From an uncultured delta proteobacterium (GTDB taxonomy: Bacteria; Myxococcota_A; Polyangia; Polyangiales; Polyangiaceae), in assembly GCA_963839305.1 (NCBI GenBank), contig CAWIUL010000011.1:2313561-2377560 (forward strand): a stretch of 64,000 bases of DNA, read 5' to 3'. The notes below the pieces were generated by a model. That model made no database searches. It had not been told where the DNA came from and saw only the letters and a list, made by a program, of their open reading frames with translations. Of this stretch, positions 31,449 through 41,335 are shown piece after piece (within the stretch, counting starts at the first letter, position 1; every line of letters starts with the position of its first letter). Position numbers and translations under genes: made by a program.

Positions 31449-32285
31449 TCAAAACGTGATTCGAAGGCCCGACGCGGTCGCCGACACGTGGTGCGCGACT
31501 GCGGGGCGAGTCGTGAAGAACAAGATGACGCCCGTGAGCAAGAACGCGCCGCCGATCGCGGCGCCCGCGTAGGCGAGGTCGTACATCAAGTAGACCTGGT
31601 CGACGTCGGACTGCTGGCACGTCCCGGCTTGGCCGCACGAGCTGTAGAGGTTCTGTCGCTGCACGAGCGACAGCGTCCCGATCACGCCCGCCGCGGCGAG
31701 CGTCGCGACGCCGAGGCCGCCAATCACCCAGGTCGCGGCCGACGGCGCGCGGCTCGTCGGCGCGTCGGGCGTCGTCGTATCGAGCGGCCTCAGCGGCGTC
31801 ACGACGGGCGGGCGCGCCTTCGGCTCGCCGAGCGTGACCGACACGACGCGATCCTTCTCGCCTTCGCGCGCGATGATCGGCTCCTCGTGCGCATGCCCGT
31901 TCGCCTCGAATCGGAGCGTGTGGTTTCCCGGGTCGATCGCGATCGCCTTGCCGTCGAGATGCTCCGTCAACGGGTTACCGTCGAGGGTCACGCGGACGTC
32001 GACCATGTCCTTGCCGTCGGGATCTCTCGCGCCGAGCACCACGGTCGGGATCGCGTGATCCACCTCGTCGAGCCAACCGCCGCAGTCCTTCTTGACCAGC
32101 TTCGGGCACGAGTCGTTCGTGCAGAGCAAGAGCTTCGCGCGCGCGGAGACGAGCTGCGATTTGATGCGAAGGAGCTGAGCGTCCTCGGACGCCTTGATGC
32201 ACTCGTCGCGAGTCGGCCCGCCGGCCTCGGCCGCGGACGAGAGCGCGAGGACCGCGGCGATCGCGAGGACGCTCGGCACTCTCAT
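31449..32285 (-). CDS. secreted PEGA-like domain protein with C-terminal TM helices
   Basis: M190 of track ORF 31449..32852. Signal peptide, PEGA-like region (VDVRVTLDGNPL...GNHTLRF), Pro-rich linker and two TM helices. Its ATG overlaps the upstream kinase stop (ATGA). Confidence 0.6.
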   Translation of the reverse strand: MRVPSVLAIAAVLALSSAAEAGGPTRDECIKASEDAQLLRIKSQLVSARAKLLLCTNDSCPKLVKKDCGGWLDEVDHAIPTVVLGARDPDGKDMVDVRVTLDGNPLTEHLDGKAIAIDPGNHTLRFEANGHAHEEPIIAREGEKDRVVSVTLGEPKARPPVVTPLRPLDTTTPDAPTSRAPSAATWVIGGLGVATLAAAGVIGTLSLVQRQNLYSSCGQAGTCQQSDVDQVYLMYDLAYAGAAIGGAFLLTGVILFFTTRPAVAHHVSATASGLRITF

Positions 32286-33769
32286 TCGAGGCACTCGCGT
32301 TTGTAGATTTTTCGCCCGAGCTCGTCGCGCGTGTAGGGATTGGAGCAATCGACGACGGGCTTCTTGATCGTGGGCACGGCCTTCGCGGTGGCCGTCGGTA
32401 GAGCGCTGGCGCTCGCGGGCGCGCTCGCCGCGATGGACGCTACGACGGTCGGCAAGGCGCTCGGCGCGCTCGGCGCGACGGACGCGACGACCGTGGCGGA
32501 CGCGGTGGCCGACGTAGGCGAGGCAGCGTGATCTTGCGCGTGGTTCGAGTACGAAATCGCGAGCGCGATGAGGATCGCCGTGAGCGCGCCGAACGCGAGC
32601 GCGGCGGGCGCGATCCATCGGCGGCGCTTCGGTCGCGCGCCGCCGGCCGACACGGAGATCGCGGACTGCGACATCGTCGCGAGGTCCGTCGGCAAGCCCG
32701 CTGCCGCGAGCACCGACCCGCTCGAGCTCGCGCGGATCTGCGCCAGGACCTCGCCCGTTTGCGGGTCGCCCTCGAGCGTCGACGAGCTCTCGATCTCCGC
32801 GATGCGTTTCGCGCGCAGCGCGAGCGCCTCGCTCGCGAGGGTGTCGACCCACTCGGCGACCTGGCGCGCGGTGGCCGGCGGGAGCGCGTCTTCGAGCGCG
32901 TTCGCCATCTCCTGCGCCGTCGCCCAGCGCTTCGCGGGATCGCGCTCGAGTCCCTTGAGGACGATCGCGTCGAGCGCGGGTGGAATTTCTGGCGCGAACT
33001 TGCTCGGCGCGACGATGGGCGTGAGGAGCACCGAGCTCAGCACCGCGCCCTCGCTCTCGCCCGTGAAGAGGCGGCGCGCGGTCAGCGTCTCCCAGACCAC
33101 GATCGCCGCCGAGAAGATGTCGCTTCGTCGATCGACGCTCTCCGAGCGCAGCTGCTCGGGCGACATGTACGCGACCTTGCCTTTGAGCTGCCCGCTGCGA
33201 GTCGTCTGGAGCCGACCCGACGCCTTCGCGACGCCGAAATCGAGCACGCGCGGCGCGCCGTCGACGCCGACCAAGATGTTCTGCGGGGACACGTCGCGAT
33301 GCACCATCGCGAGCGGCTCGCCCTTTTCGTTCTTCGCCTCGTGCGCCGCGTGCAAGCCGTTGAGCGCCCCGACCATGATGCCGATCGCGACGCGCGGCGG
33401 CACCTTGACCTTCTTCTCGGACGACGCGCGGAGCAAACGCGAGAGCGACTCGCCCTGCACGTACTCCATGACGAGGAAGAGCTGCCCCTCGGTCGCCACG
33501 ACGTCGAGCGTCGGCACCACGTTCGGATGGCGGATTCGCGCGGCGAGGCGCGCCTCGTCGAGGAAGCCTGGGACGAAGTCCGGGTCGAGCGCGAACTGAT
33601 CGTGCAGGCGCTTGATCGCGACGGTGCGCGAAAACCCGACGGGCCCGACGAGCCGCCCGAGGTGCACCGTCGCCATACCACCCGCCGCGAGCGCGTCGTA
33701 GAGGACGTAGCGGCCGACGATGCGTCGCGGCTGATGTCCTCCGGTGTCGTTCGGGTTCGCGATCGTCAT
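32282..33769 (-). CDS. Ser/Thr protein kinase with TM helix and Cys-containing extracytoplasmic tail
   Basis: Track ORF. Motifs AAGGMATVH, HRDVSPQNI, DFG, SPE. Confidence 0.9.
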   Translation of the reverse strand: MTIANPNDTGGHQPRRIVGRYVLYDALAAGGMATVHLGRLVGPVGFSRTVAIKRLHDQFALDPDFVPGFLDEARLAARIRHPNVVPTLDVVATEGQLFLVMEYVQGESLSRLLRASSEKKVKVPPRVAIGIMVGALNGLHAAHEAKNEKGEPLAMVHRDVSPQNILVGVDGAPRVLDFGVAKASGRLQTTRSGQLKGKVAYMSPEQLRSESVDRRSDIFSAAIVVWETLTARRLFTGESEGAVLSSVLLTPIVAPSKFAPEIPPALDAIVLKGLERDPAKRWATAQEMANALEDALPPATARQVAEWVDTLASEALALRAKRIAEIESSSTLEGDPQTGEVLAQIRASSSGSVLAAAGLPTDLATMSQSAISVSAGGARPKRRRWIAPAALAFGALTAILIALAISYSNHAQDHAASPTSATASATVVASVAPSAPSALPTVVASIAASAPASASALPTATAKAVPTIKKPVVDCSNPYTRDELGRKIYKRECLE

Positions 33770-33770
33770 T

Positions 33771-34826
33771 TCATCCGCAGTGGGCGCTCGTCTTGCCGGA
33801 GGGAGGCTGGCAGTGCATGCCGGCGGAGGAGCAATCGAAGCTCGACGGCTGCCCGTTGATGCAGAGCGAGATCACGTCGCCCGTGCACACGTTGGAGCTC
33901 GTGTCGTAGGGCGAGCACGTCTCGTTCGGCAAAACGCACCGCGGGACGGGGTTCGTGGCGTCGCACGTCCCGCCGAGCGTGCCGCAGTTGATTTCGCTCG
34001 CGGTGATCCCGTCGCACACGTCGACCGAGTCGCCTACGCAAGAGAAGGTGCCGGCTTGGGCGCACGTCTTGTGGTGGCCGTTCGAGAGGCACCCGTACTC
34101 CTTCGTGAGCGGGTCCTGGCCGCACGTCATGCCTTGGACCTCGCAGTCGAAGCCGACGAGGAACCCATCTTGGCAGTCCGTGTTGTACGAGCCCGAGCAC
34201 GCCGCGCTCGTGCCCGCGTCGCTCGACGAGCACTGACCGCTCGACACCGCGCAGAAGTAGTAGCCCGTGTTGCCCTTCAAACACGACGACCCGCTGTAGT
34301 TGAACGGGTTGTCACAGTGCGCGATGAAATAATACGGGCACTCGTACGTGGCCGCGAGGGTCGGCGAGCACTGCCCGAAGCTGCCGCCTTGGTAGCCGAC
34401 GCAGCGCGGATCCGTGGGCGAGATTTCTTCGAACCACATGCATGCGGCCGCTGCCGAACAGCTCGTAGCCTGGGCCGCGCATTGAAGCGACTTCTGCGCC
34501 TTCGCGACGCCGGCACGATCGGACGGAAGCGTGCTCGACATCCAGCTCACGCACGCGGCGAAGTTGTTCGAGTCGATGGGTAGATCGAGCGAGACGACCG
34601 TCGACTTCGCGAGGTTCGTTCCGCACGTGAGCGCCTTCGAGCAGTACGCGATGGCGTCGGAGAGCGAGAGGTAGCCGCCGCTTGGGGCGCTCGCGTCTGC
34701 GCCGTCCGTCGCCACGTCCGCTGCCGCGTCTTGACCCACGAAGCCGTCGAGGGAAGGGCATCCCGCAATCAGCACCGCCATCGGCGCAATCACGAAGAGC
34801 GACACCCCGGCTCGCCCCAAGCGCAT
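33771..34826 (-). CDS. Cys-rich secreted lipoprotein (about 45 Cys)
   Basis: M325 of track ORF 33771..35798. Lipobox LIAGCPS. Its stop is 1 nt from the kinase ATG. Confidence 0.65.
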   Translation of the reverse strand: MRLGRAGVSLFVIAPMAVLIAGCPSLDGFVGQDAAADVATDGADASAPSGGYLSLSDAIAYCSKALTCGTNLAKSTVVSLDLPIDSNNFAACVSWMSSTLPSDRAGVAKAQKSLQCAAQATSCSAAAACMWFEEISPTDPRCVGYQGGSFGQCSPTLAATYECPYYFIAHCDNPFNYSGSSCLKGNTGYYFCAVSSGQCSSSDAGTSAACSGSYNTDCQDGFLVGFDCEVQGMTCGQDPLTKEYGCLSNGHHKTCAQAGTFSCVGDSVDVCDGITASEINCGTLGGTCDATNPVPRCVLPNETCSPYDTSSNVCTGDVISLCINGQPSSFDCSSAGMHCQPPSGKTSAHCG

Positions 34827-34883
34827 GATCACATTGTTGCTTAATAGGGTGGTAAGAGTGTGCTGTTTTTTATGAACGTTCGG

Positions 34884-35957
34884 ATGGTCGATCTCGCGCG
34901 CCTCCACGCGCCGATCCGCGAGGCCATCGACGCTGCGATTTCGGGCGTCGTCGGGTCCGGACGTTTCATTCTTGGCGCGGAAGTCGACGCGTTCGAGGAG
35001 GAAATCGCGGCGTTCCTGGGCGTCGCGCGTACGGTCGCGGTTTCGTCCGGAAGCGACGCGCTCCTGTGTGGGCTCGCCGCGGAGGGTGTGCGCAGCGGCG
35101 ACGAAGTGATCGTGCCTGCGCTCTCGTTCATCGCGACCGCTGAGGCCGTGGCTCGACTCGGCGCAACGCCCGTATTCGCCGACGTGGACGTAGACGGCAA
35201 CCTCGACGCGGCCTCGGCGCTCTCGCGACGAACGTCGCGCACGCGCGCGATCGTCACCGTCGACCTCTTCGGCCGGCGCTCGAACGTGGACGAGCTCGCG
35301 CGCTCTGGTTTGCCTGTCGTCGTCGACGCGGCGCAGGCGATCGGGCGAAGCGCGGGAGACGCCTGGTGTCGCGCGCGCTCGTCGGCGATCTCGTTCTTTC
35401 CGACGAAGAACCTCGGCGCCTTCGGCGATGGAGGCCTCGTCGCGACCGACAGCGAGAGGGTGGCCGAGGTGGTGCGGTCGATGCGCACGCACGCCTCCTC
35501 GCCGACGAACAAATACGTGCACGAGCGCGTCGGTTGGAACATGCGGCTCGACGCGCTCCAAGCGGCCGTGCTCCGCGTGAAGCTCCCGCACCTCGACCGC
35601 TGGAACGCAGCGCGTGCGCGTATCGCCGCGCGATATCGCGAAGCGTTTGCAGACGTCGCGTGGCTCAGCCTGCCCGCGGACGCACCCGGACACGTGTGGC
35701 ATCAATTCGTCGTTCGCGTGGCCGAGCGCGACGCGCTTCGGGCGCACCTCACGGAAAGAGGCGTCGCGACCGAGGTTTACTACCCGCTCGCGCTTCACCT
35801 CCAGCCTTGCTTCGCGGAGCTCGGCGGTCGTCCGGGCGATCTCCCGAGGGCCGAGGCCTTCACACGCGACGCGCTCGCGCTACCGATTCATCCGACGCTC
35901 GACGACGACGAGATTGCCCACGTCATCGCGAGCGTGCGCGCGTTTCAATGCACATAG
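34884..35957 (+). CDS. DegT/DnrJ/EryC1/StrS-family sugar aminotransferase (PLP-dependent)
   Basis: Track ORF 34860..35957. SFFPTKNLGAFGDGG region containing the PLP lysine. Confidence 0.85.
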   Translation: MVDLARLHAPIREAIDAAISGVVGSGRFILGAEVDAFEEEIAAFLGVARTVAVSSGSDALLCGLAAEGVRSGDEVIVPALSFIATAEAVARLGATPVFADVDVDGNLDAASALSRRTSRTRAIVTVDLFGRRSNVDELARSGLPVVVDAAQAIGRSAGDAWCRARSSAISFFPTKNLGAFGDGGLVATDSERVAEVVRSMRTHASSPTNKYVHERVGWNMRLDALQAAVLRVKLPHLDRWNAARARIAARYREAFADVAWLSLPADAPGHVWHQFVVRVAERDALRAHLTERGVATEVYYPLALHLQPCFAELGGRPGDLPRAEAFTRDALALPIHPTLDDDEIAHVIASVRAFQCT

Positions 35958-35968
35958 CTAGTCGTGCG

Positions 35969-37069
35969 ATGAACGACGCGCTCGATCTACTCGATCGCCT
36001 CCCCGACTTCGTCATCGTCCATCGCGCCGGGACGTTGCTGTGGATGAACCGCATCAACCTGAAGACGCTCGGCTACGAACGGCTCGACGAGGTGGTCGGG
36101 AGGCCGCTGCTCGATCTGGTCGAGCCCGAGTCGCGCGCGCTCGTCGCGGAGCGCATGCGCAAGGCGGTCGACGCGGACGTGCCCGAGCTCAGCGAGACTC
36201 GCCTCGTCGCGCGTGATGGCCGCGTCGTCGTCGTGGAGTTTTCGCCGCCGAAGCACGTGACGTTCGAAGGGAATCCCGCGCGCTTGATCGTCGCGCGCGA
36301 CGTGACCGAGCGAAGTCGGCTCCAGCACCGCCTCCAGATCACCGATCGCATGGCGTCGATCGGGATGCTCGCGGCGGGCGTCGCGCACGAGGTGAACAAT
36401 CCGCTCGCTTACGTGCTCAACAACATCGAGATCGCGATGCGCCTTCTCGCGCCGCTCGGAGACGCGACGAGCCAGAGTCGCGCGGCGCTCTCCGTCGCCC
36501 TCGAGGGCGTCGACCGGATTCGCACGATCGTGCGTGACCTGCTCGCGCTGTCGCGCGTCGAGGATGTCGTGCTCGGCCCGGTGGATGTGCTCGCGATCGT
36601 CGAGTCCACGCTCACGCTGGCCAGCAAGACGATCTCGGAGCACGCGGTCCTCGCGTTCGAGCCGCACGCGGTCCCGCTCGCGCGCGGGAACGTCGCGCGC
36701 CTCGGTCAGGTGCTCGTGAACCTGCTCACGAACGCGCTCGAGTCGATGCCGAGCGTCTCGAGCCGCGACAACGAGCTCCGCGTCGTCGTGCGCCCGTCGA
36801 TCGAAGGCGACGTCGTGGTCGAGGTCTCGGACAACGGCGTCGGCATCGCGCCCGCGCACGTCGCGCGCATCTTCGAGCCGTTCTTCACGACCAAGTCGCC
36901 GCAAAGCGGTACCGGTCTCGGCCTCGCGATCTGCGAGCGCCTCGTCACCGAGATGGGAGGCACGATCTCCGTGGAGTCGATCCCCTCGAAGGGAAGCACG
37001 TTCCGCGTGACGCTGCCGGCATGGAAGGAATTGGAGCGAAGTGTGGCCACTCGGAATGGGGACCGCTAG
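35969..37069 (+). CDS. PAS-domain sensor histidine kinase
   Basis: C-terminal 366 aa of track ORF 35366..37069. H-box AHEVNNPL, N/G boxes DNGVGI and GTGLGLAI. An alternative ATG at 35948 overlaps the aminotransferase end. Confidence 0.85.
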   Translation: MNDALDLLDRLPDFVIVHRAGTLLWMNRINLKTLGYERLDEVVGRPLLDLVEPESRALVAERMRKAVDADVPELSETRLVARDGRVVVVEFSPPKHVTFEGNPARLIVARDVTERSRLQHRLQITDRMASIGMLAAGVAHEVNNPLAYVLNNIEIAMRLLAPLGDATSQSRAALSVALEGVDRIRTIVRDLLALSRVEDVVLGPVDVLAIVESTLTLASKTISEHAVLAFEPHAVPLARGNVARLGQVLVNLLTNALESMPSVSSRDNELRVVVRPSIEGDVVVEVSDNGVGIAPAHVARIFEPFFTTKSPQSGTGLGLAICERLVTEMGGTISVESIPSKGSTFRVTLPAWKELERSVATRNGDR

Positions 37070-37078
37070 AGTCTCGGC

Positions 37079-37753
37079 GTGCGAGTTCTCGTCGTCGAGG
37101 ATAGTCAGCGTGTCGCGACCGTCGTGGAGAGCGCGCTTTGTGACGCGGGCCACACGGTCTCGATCGCGACGACGAAGCGAGACGCGACCGAGCGCGCCGC
37201 CGGCGCGGCCGTGGACCTCGCGATCATCGACGTCGGGCTGCCCGACGGATCGGGGCTCGAGCTCTGCCGAGAGCTGCGCGACAGCGGATACGACTTCCCG
37301 GTCGTGATCCTGACGGCGAGCAACGCGATCGGCGATCGAGTCGCGGGGCTCGACGCAGGCGCGGATGATTACCTCGGCAAGCCCTTCGCGACCGCCGAGC
37401 TCCTCGCGCGCGTGCGGGCACTCGGGCGGCGCGGGCCGCGCTGGACCGAGTCCACGAGGGTCTTCGGAGACGTCGTCATCGATCGCGATCGGCGCACCGT
37501 GACGAAGAACGGTGCCGAGCTCGCGCTGACCGCCCGCGAGCTCGAGATCGTCGCGCTGCTCGCGTGGCGAGACGGTCGCGTCGTCGCGCGTGACGAGCTG
37601 CTCGAGATGATCTGGGGGATGGCGTCGGAGCGCGAGGCGGCGAGCCTCGAGGTCCTCGTGTCGCGCATTCGGCGCAAATTCGGCTCCGATGTGATTCGAA
37701 CGATTCGAGGTACGGGGTACGCATGGGCGCTCGCTCCTTCGAATCGGACCTGA
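37079..37753 (+). CDS. OmpR-family response regulator
   Basis: Track ORF (GTG start). Receiver domain (DVGLPDGSG) plus winged-helix trans_reg_C. Confidence 0.9.
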   Translation: MRVLVVEDSQRVATVVESALCDAGHTVSIATTKRDATERAAGAAVDLAIIDVGLPDGSGLELCRELRDSGYDFPVVILTASNAIGDRVAGLDAGADDYLGKPFATAELLARVRALGRRGPRWTESTRVFGDVVIDRDRRTVTKNGAELALTARELEIVALLAWRDGRVVARDELLEMIWGMASEREAASLEVLVSRIRRKFGSDVIRTIRGTGYAWALAPSNRT

Positions 37754-39009
37754 GGCGACGGCTGCTCGCGTTCGTGGCGCCGACGATGCTCGGCGTCGCG
37801 ATCGCGTCCGTGGCGGTGACTTGGCACGCGCTCGCCGCCGCCGACGAAGCGAGCGCGCGCTTCAAGGCGGACGCGATGCTCGTCGCGCTCGAGACGGAGC
37901 TCGCCGAAGGGGACGAGCCGCGCGCCGCCGCGAGAGAGGTCCTCGAGGAGCTCGAGGCGGAGGGCCTGAGGGCGTCGATGAGCGGCCTCGGCGCACCGGT
38001 CACCACCGCGCGCGCTCCGCGGCCCGAGGCCGAGCGCCTCGAGGTCGGCGCGTGCGCGTTCTACCGCGACGCGGGCGAGTACTATCGCGCGTGCCGCTCC
38101 GCGCGCGGCGCACACGGCGGGATTGCTGCGCTGCGCGTCACGTCGCACGTGGACGTCGTGAAGACGCTCGCCGAGACGATGCTCGCGGTCGTGCTCGCCG
38201 CGCTCGTCGCGACCATCGCCGCCGCTCGGCTCACGATGCGTCAGCCGATCGCCGACGTGCGCGGGCTCGCCGATTGGAGCGAGCACGTCGCCGCAGCCGA
38301 GGAACTTCCGCCGCCGATGCCCGAGCTCGCGACCGAAGAGCTCCAGCGCCTCGCAGCGTCCCTCGATTCGCTCGTGTCGCGCCTCACGATGGCGCTCGCG
38401 CGTGAGCGCTCGACGAGCGCGCACGTCGCGCACGAGCTTCGGACGCCGCTCACGGCGATGCGCGCGGAGCTCGAGGCGCTCGGCGGAGAGCGCGCTGCGC
38501 GGCTCGTCGGCGACGTCGACCGGCTCGCGCGAGCGATCGACGCGATCCTCTTGCTCGCGTCACAGCCGGTGAAAGGCGAGCCGCGCGAGACCGTCAACGT
38601 CGCCGACGTGGCGCGGGCGCTCGCGCCGCGAGGAACCCGCGTCGAAGCGCCCGATGAGGCCCTCGTCGAGGCGGACGAGCGGCTCGTCGAGCTCGCCGTC
38701 ACGAACCTGCTCGAGAACGCGCGCGTCCACGCCGGGGCCGAAGCGAAGGTCATCCGCGTGACGCGCGTGCCGCGAGGCGTTCGGCTTGCGGTGGTCGACG
38801 AAGGTCCGGGCGTTGCGCCCGATATGCTCGCGCGATTGTTCGACGCGCACGTCCGCGGCGCAGAGTCGAAGGGCTCGGGCCTGGGCCTCGCGCTCGTGCG
38901 GGCGGTCGCACGACGATACGACGGCGACGTGGACGCCGCGCCGAGCGCGGGCGCGAGAGGTCTCGAGGTCGGCGTCACGTTCGGTCGATTGCTCGGCTGG
39001 CACGACTGA
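37723..39009 (+). CDS. sensor histidine kinase (two TM helices, HAMP-like, HisKA/HATPase)
   Basis: Track ORF. AHELRTPLT H-box and DEGPGV/GSGLGLALV ATPase motifs. Overlaps the RR end. Confidence 0.8.
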   Translation: MGARSFESDLRRRLLAFVAPTMLGVAIASVAVTWHALAAADEASARFKADAMLVALETELAEGDEPRAAAREVLEELEAEGLRASMSGLGAPVTTARAPRPEAERLEVGACAFYRDAGEYYRACRSARGAHGGIAALRVTSHVDVVKTLAETMLAVVLAALVATIAAARLTMRQPIADVRGLADWSEHVAAAEELPPPMPELATEELQRLAASLDSLVSRLTMALARERSTSAHVAHELRTPLTAMRAELEALGGERAARLVGDVDRLARAIDAILLLASQPVKGEPRETVNVADVARALAPRGTRVEAPDEALVEADERLVELAVTNLLENARVHAGAEAKVIRVTRVPRGVRLAVVDEGPGVAPDMLARLFDAHVRGAESKGSGLGLALVRAVARRYDGDVDAAPSAGARGLEVGVTFGRLLGWHD

Positions 39010-39066
39010 GCAAGGGCTCGTCGCCCCGTTCAGGAAGCGTTCAGGATCACGTCGTACGTTTCGCAG

Positions 39067-40278
39067 ATGCGACCGTGGTTGCACGCGTGGTGTGCTTCGG
39101 TGGCTCTGCTCGTCGCCGAGACGGCGCACGCGGAGGGATCGCGGATCGACTATGCGGCCGCGCTCTCGCGCGCGCGCTCGCTCTCGCCGGACGTCGCGGC
39201 CGTGCGCGCCCGCGAGGCCGTCGCGTACGCCGCGATCGGCATCGCGGGGACATATCCAAACCCAACGTTCAGCGTCGCGACGTCGAGCCAGTACGCGCTC
39301 TTTTCTGCCGGCGTCTCCGTTCCGCTCGTCGTCTTCGGACAGATCGGCGCGGCGCGCGACGCCGCGCGAGCCGAGCTCGCCACGGCGAAGACCGAGTCAC
39401 AGGTGGCGTGGAGCGAGGCGCGCGCGCAGACCGGTCACGCCTTCGTCGCTTTGTGGCTTGCCCAGAAGGTCGCCGACGAGCACGCCAGCGCCGCGAAGAT
39501 CCAGACGTCGCTCGATCAAGCCGTGCGCGGGCGCGTGGAGGTGGGCAGCGCGCCCGAGCTCGACGCGCTACGAACGCACGCGGAGCAGCTTCGTGCGGAC
39601 GCCGAGGCGAGCGCCGCGACGCGGCTCGTCGATGCGGCGTCCGCTGCGCTCGAGCGATGGATCGGCGCGGACGATAGCGGGGCGTGGCGCGTCGTGGGCG
39701 ATCCGTTCCTTCCCACGGCTCCGCCGTCGCTCGCGTCGCTCCGCGCGCGCGCCGGAGACAACCCCGCCGTGCGGCGCGAGCGCGCGGACGAACGCGCGGC
39801 GCTCGCGCGCGCGAGTCACGAACGTTCTCTCGTCGCGCCCACGATGGCCGTCGACGTCGGCACGGACGTCGGCGATCCGAGCATCCCAAGCCCGAACTTC
39901 CGCGCGCAGCTGACGTTCGATCTGCCGATCTTCAACCATCGCGGCTCGTACGTGGAGCGCGAGAACAACGCCGCCGTCGCGGCGCGTTCGCGAGCGGACG
40001 CCGAGCGAGCGCGCGCATCGTCCGAGGTCGGCGTCGCATACGCGCGCTTCGAGGCCGCGCGCACGCGCGGTGACGCGCTCCAGTCGGGCGTCCTTCCGGC
40101 GTCGGAGGCAGCGGCGAAGGCGATCGAGGACGCGTACACCCTCGGCCGGGCGACGCTCCTCATGGTCCTCGACGCGGAGCGCGCACGCATCGACGCGCGC
40201 CTCTCGCTCCAGCAGACGCGCGCCGAAGAGGCCGACGCGTGGATCGACGTCGAGCGCGCTGCGGGGCTCGAGCCGTGA
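39067..40278 (+). CDS. TolC-family outer membrane efflux protein
   Basis: Track ORF, 403 aa. Signal peptide and the two-repeat OEP architecture. Confidence 0.8.
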   Translation: MRPWLHAWCASVALLVAETAHAEGSRIDYAAALSRARSLSPDVAAVRAREAVAYAAIGIAGTYPNPTFSVATSSQYALFSAGVSVPLVVFGQIGAARDAARAELATAKTESQVAWSEARAQTGHAFVALWLAQKVADEHASAAKIQTSLDQAVRGRVEVGSAPELDALRTHAEQLRADAEASAATRLVDAASAALERWIGADDSGAWRVVGDPFLPTAPPSLASLRARAGDNPAVRRERADERAALARASHERSLVAPTMAVDVGTDVGDPSIPSPNFRAQLTFDLPIFNHRGSYVERENNAAVAARSRADAERARASSEVGVAYARFEAARTRGDALQSGVLPASEAAAKAIEDAYTLGRATLLMVLDAERARIDARLSLQQTRAEEADAWIDVERAAGLEP

Positions 40279-41335
40279 GACGACTCGCTTCTCTCCTCCT
40301 CCTCGCCGTCGCGTGCAAGGGCGCGCCCGCGGAGCGTGAGGAGCGCGAGCCCGTCGCCGTGAAGTGCATCGCGCCCGAGCGGCGCGAGGTCGTGGACGAG
40401 ACGGCTCTCCGCGGTCGCGTCGCGACGCCGCCTGGTGGCGATCTCGCGATCGCAGCCCAAGTGCCTGGGCGGCTCACGTCGATCGACGTGCACGAAGGGC
40501 AGAAGGTCGCCGCGGGCGACGTGATCGCGACCGTCGACGAGGCGGCCTCGCGCGACACGCTTCGTCAGGCCGAGGCCGCGCTCGCGCAGGTCCAAGCGAA
40601 CGAAGCCAACGCGCGCGCCACGCTCGACCGCGTCAAGGCGCTCGTCTCGCGCGGCATCGCGGCGAAGCAAGAGCTCGACGACGCGCAGACCCGCGCCGAT
40701 GCCCTCCACGCCGACGCGAACGCGGCGCGCGCGAGCGTCGAATCTCGCGCGCCGGACGCTCGGGCGCGTGCTCGTGCGTTCGAGCGTCGCGGGCGTCGTC
40801 ACGCGCGTCTGGCGCGGCCCCGGCGCGCTGGTCGACGGGACCGCGGCGACTCCCGTGGCGCAGGTCGCGGTCTCTTCGGTCGTCGAGTTCGTCGCCGACG
40901 CGACGATCGCGAGATCTCGCGCGCGTGGAGGTCGGACACGCGGCGAAGACGACGCTCGTCACCGGCGCGGTCGTGTCGGGCACCGTCATCGCGCGCTCCA
41001 CGGCGCTCGATCCCGCGACCGGGCTCGGGACGGTGCGCATCGCGATGAACGACGCGCCCGCGGACGTCCCGATCGGCGCGTTCGGAAGGACCGTCATCAC
41101 CGGGGCGGTCCACGCCGACGTCCTCACGTTCCCCGCGAGCACGCTCCGCGGCGCGGTCGCCGACGGCGCGGAGGTCGTCGTCTGCGCGGACGGAAAAGCG
41201 CTCGTCCGAAGCGTCGAGGTCGGTTGGCGCGGCGCGGATCGCGTCGAGCTCCGCGGCGTCGCCCCGGGCGAGCGCGTCGCCAGCGATCACGTGCTCGGCC
41301 TCGAGAGCGGTCAGCTCATCGTCGAGTCGCCATGA
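40275..41335 (+). pseudogene. RND efflux membrane fusion protein (HlyD-like), two frameshifts
   Basis: GTG at 40275 overlaps the TolC stop. Conserved segments pass through the frames of track ORFs 40239, 40699 and 40364. Junctions near ~40745 and ~40920. Confidence 0.7.

Noticed and set aside
34884-35957. possible additional frameshift in the DegT aminotransferase around the IGRSAGDAWCRARSSAISFF segment
   Set aside because: The segment is unusual, but its length and the following SFFPTKNLGAFGDGG motif fit a single frame. No alternative frame gives a better match.
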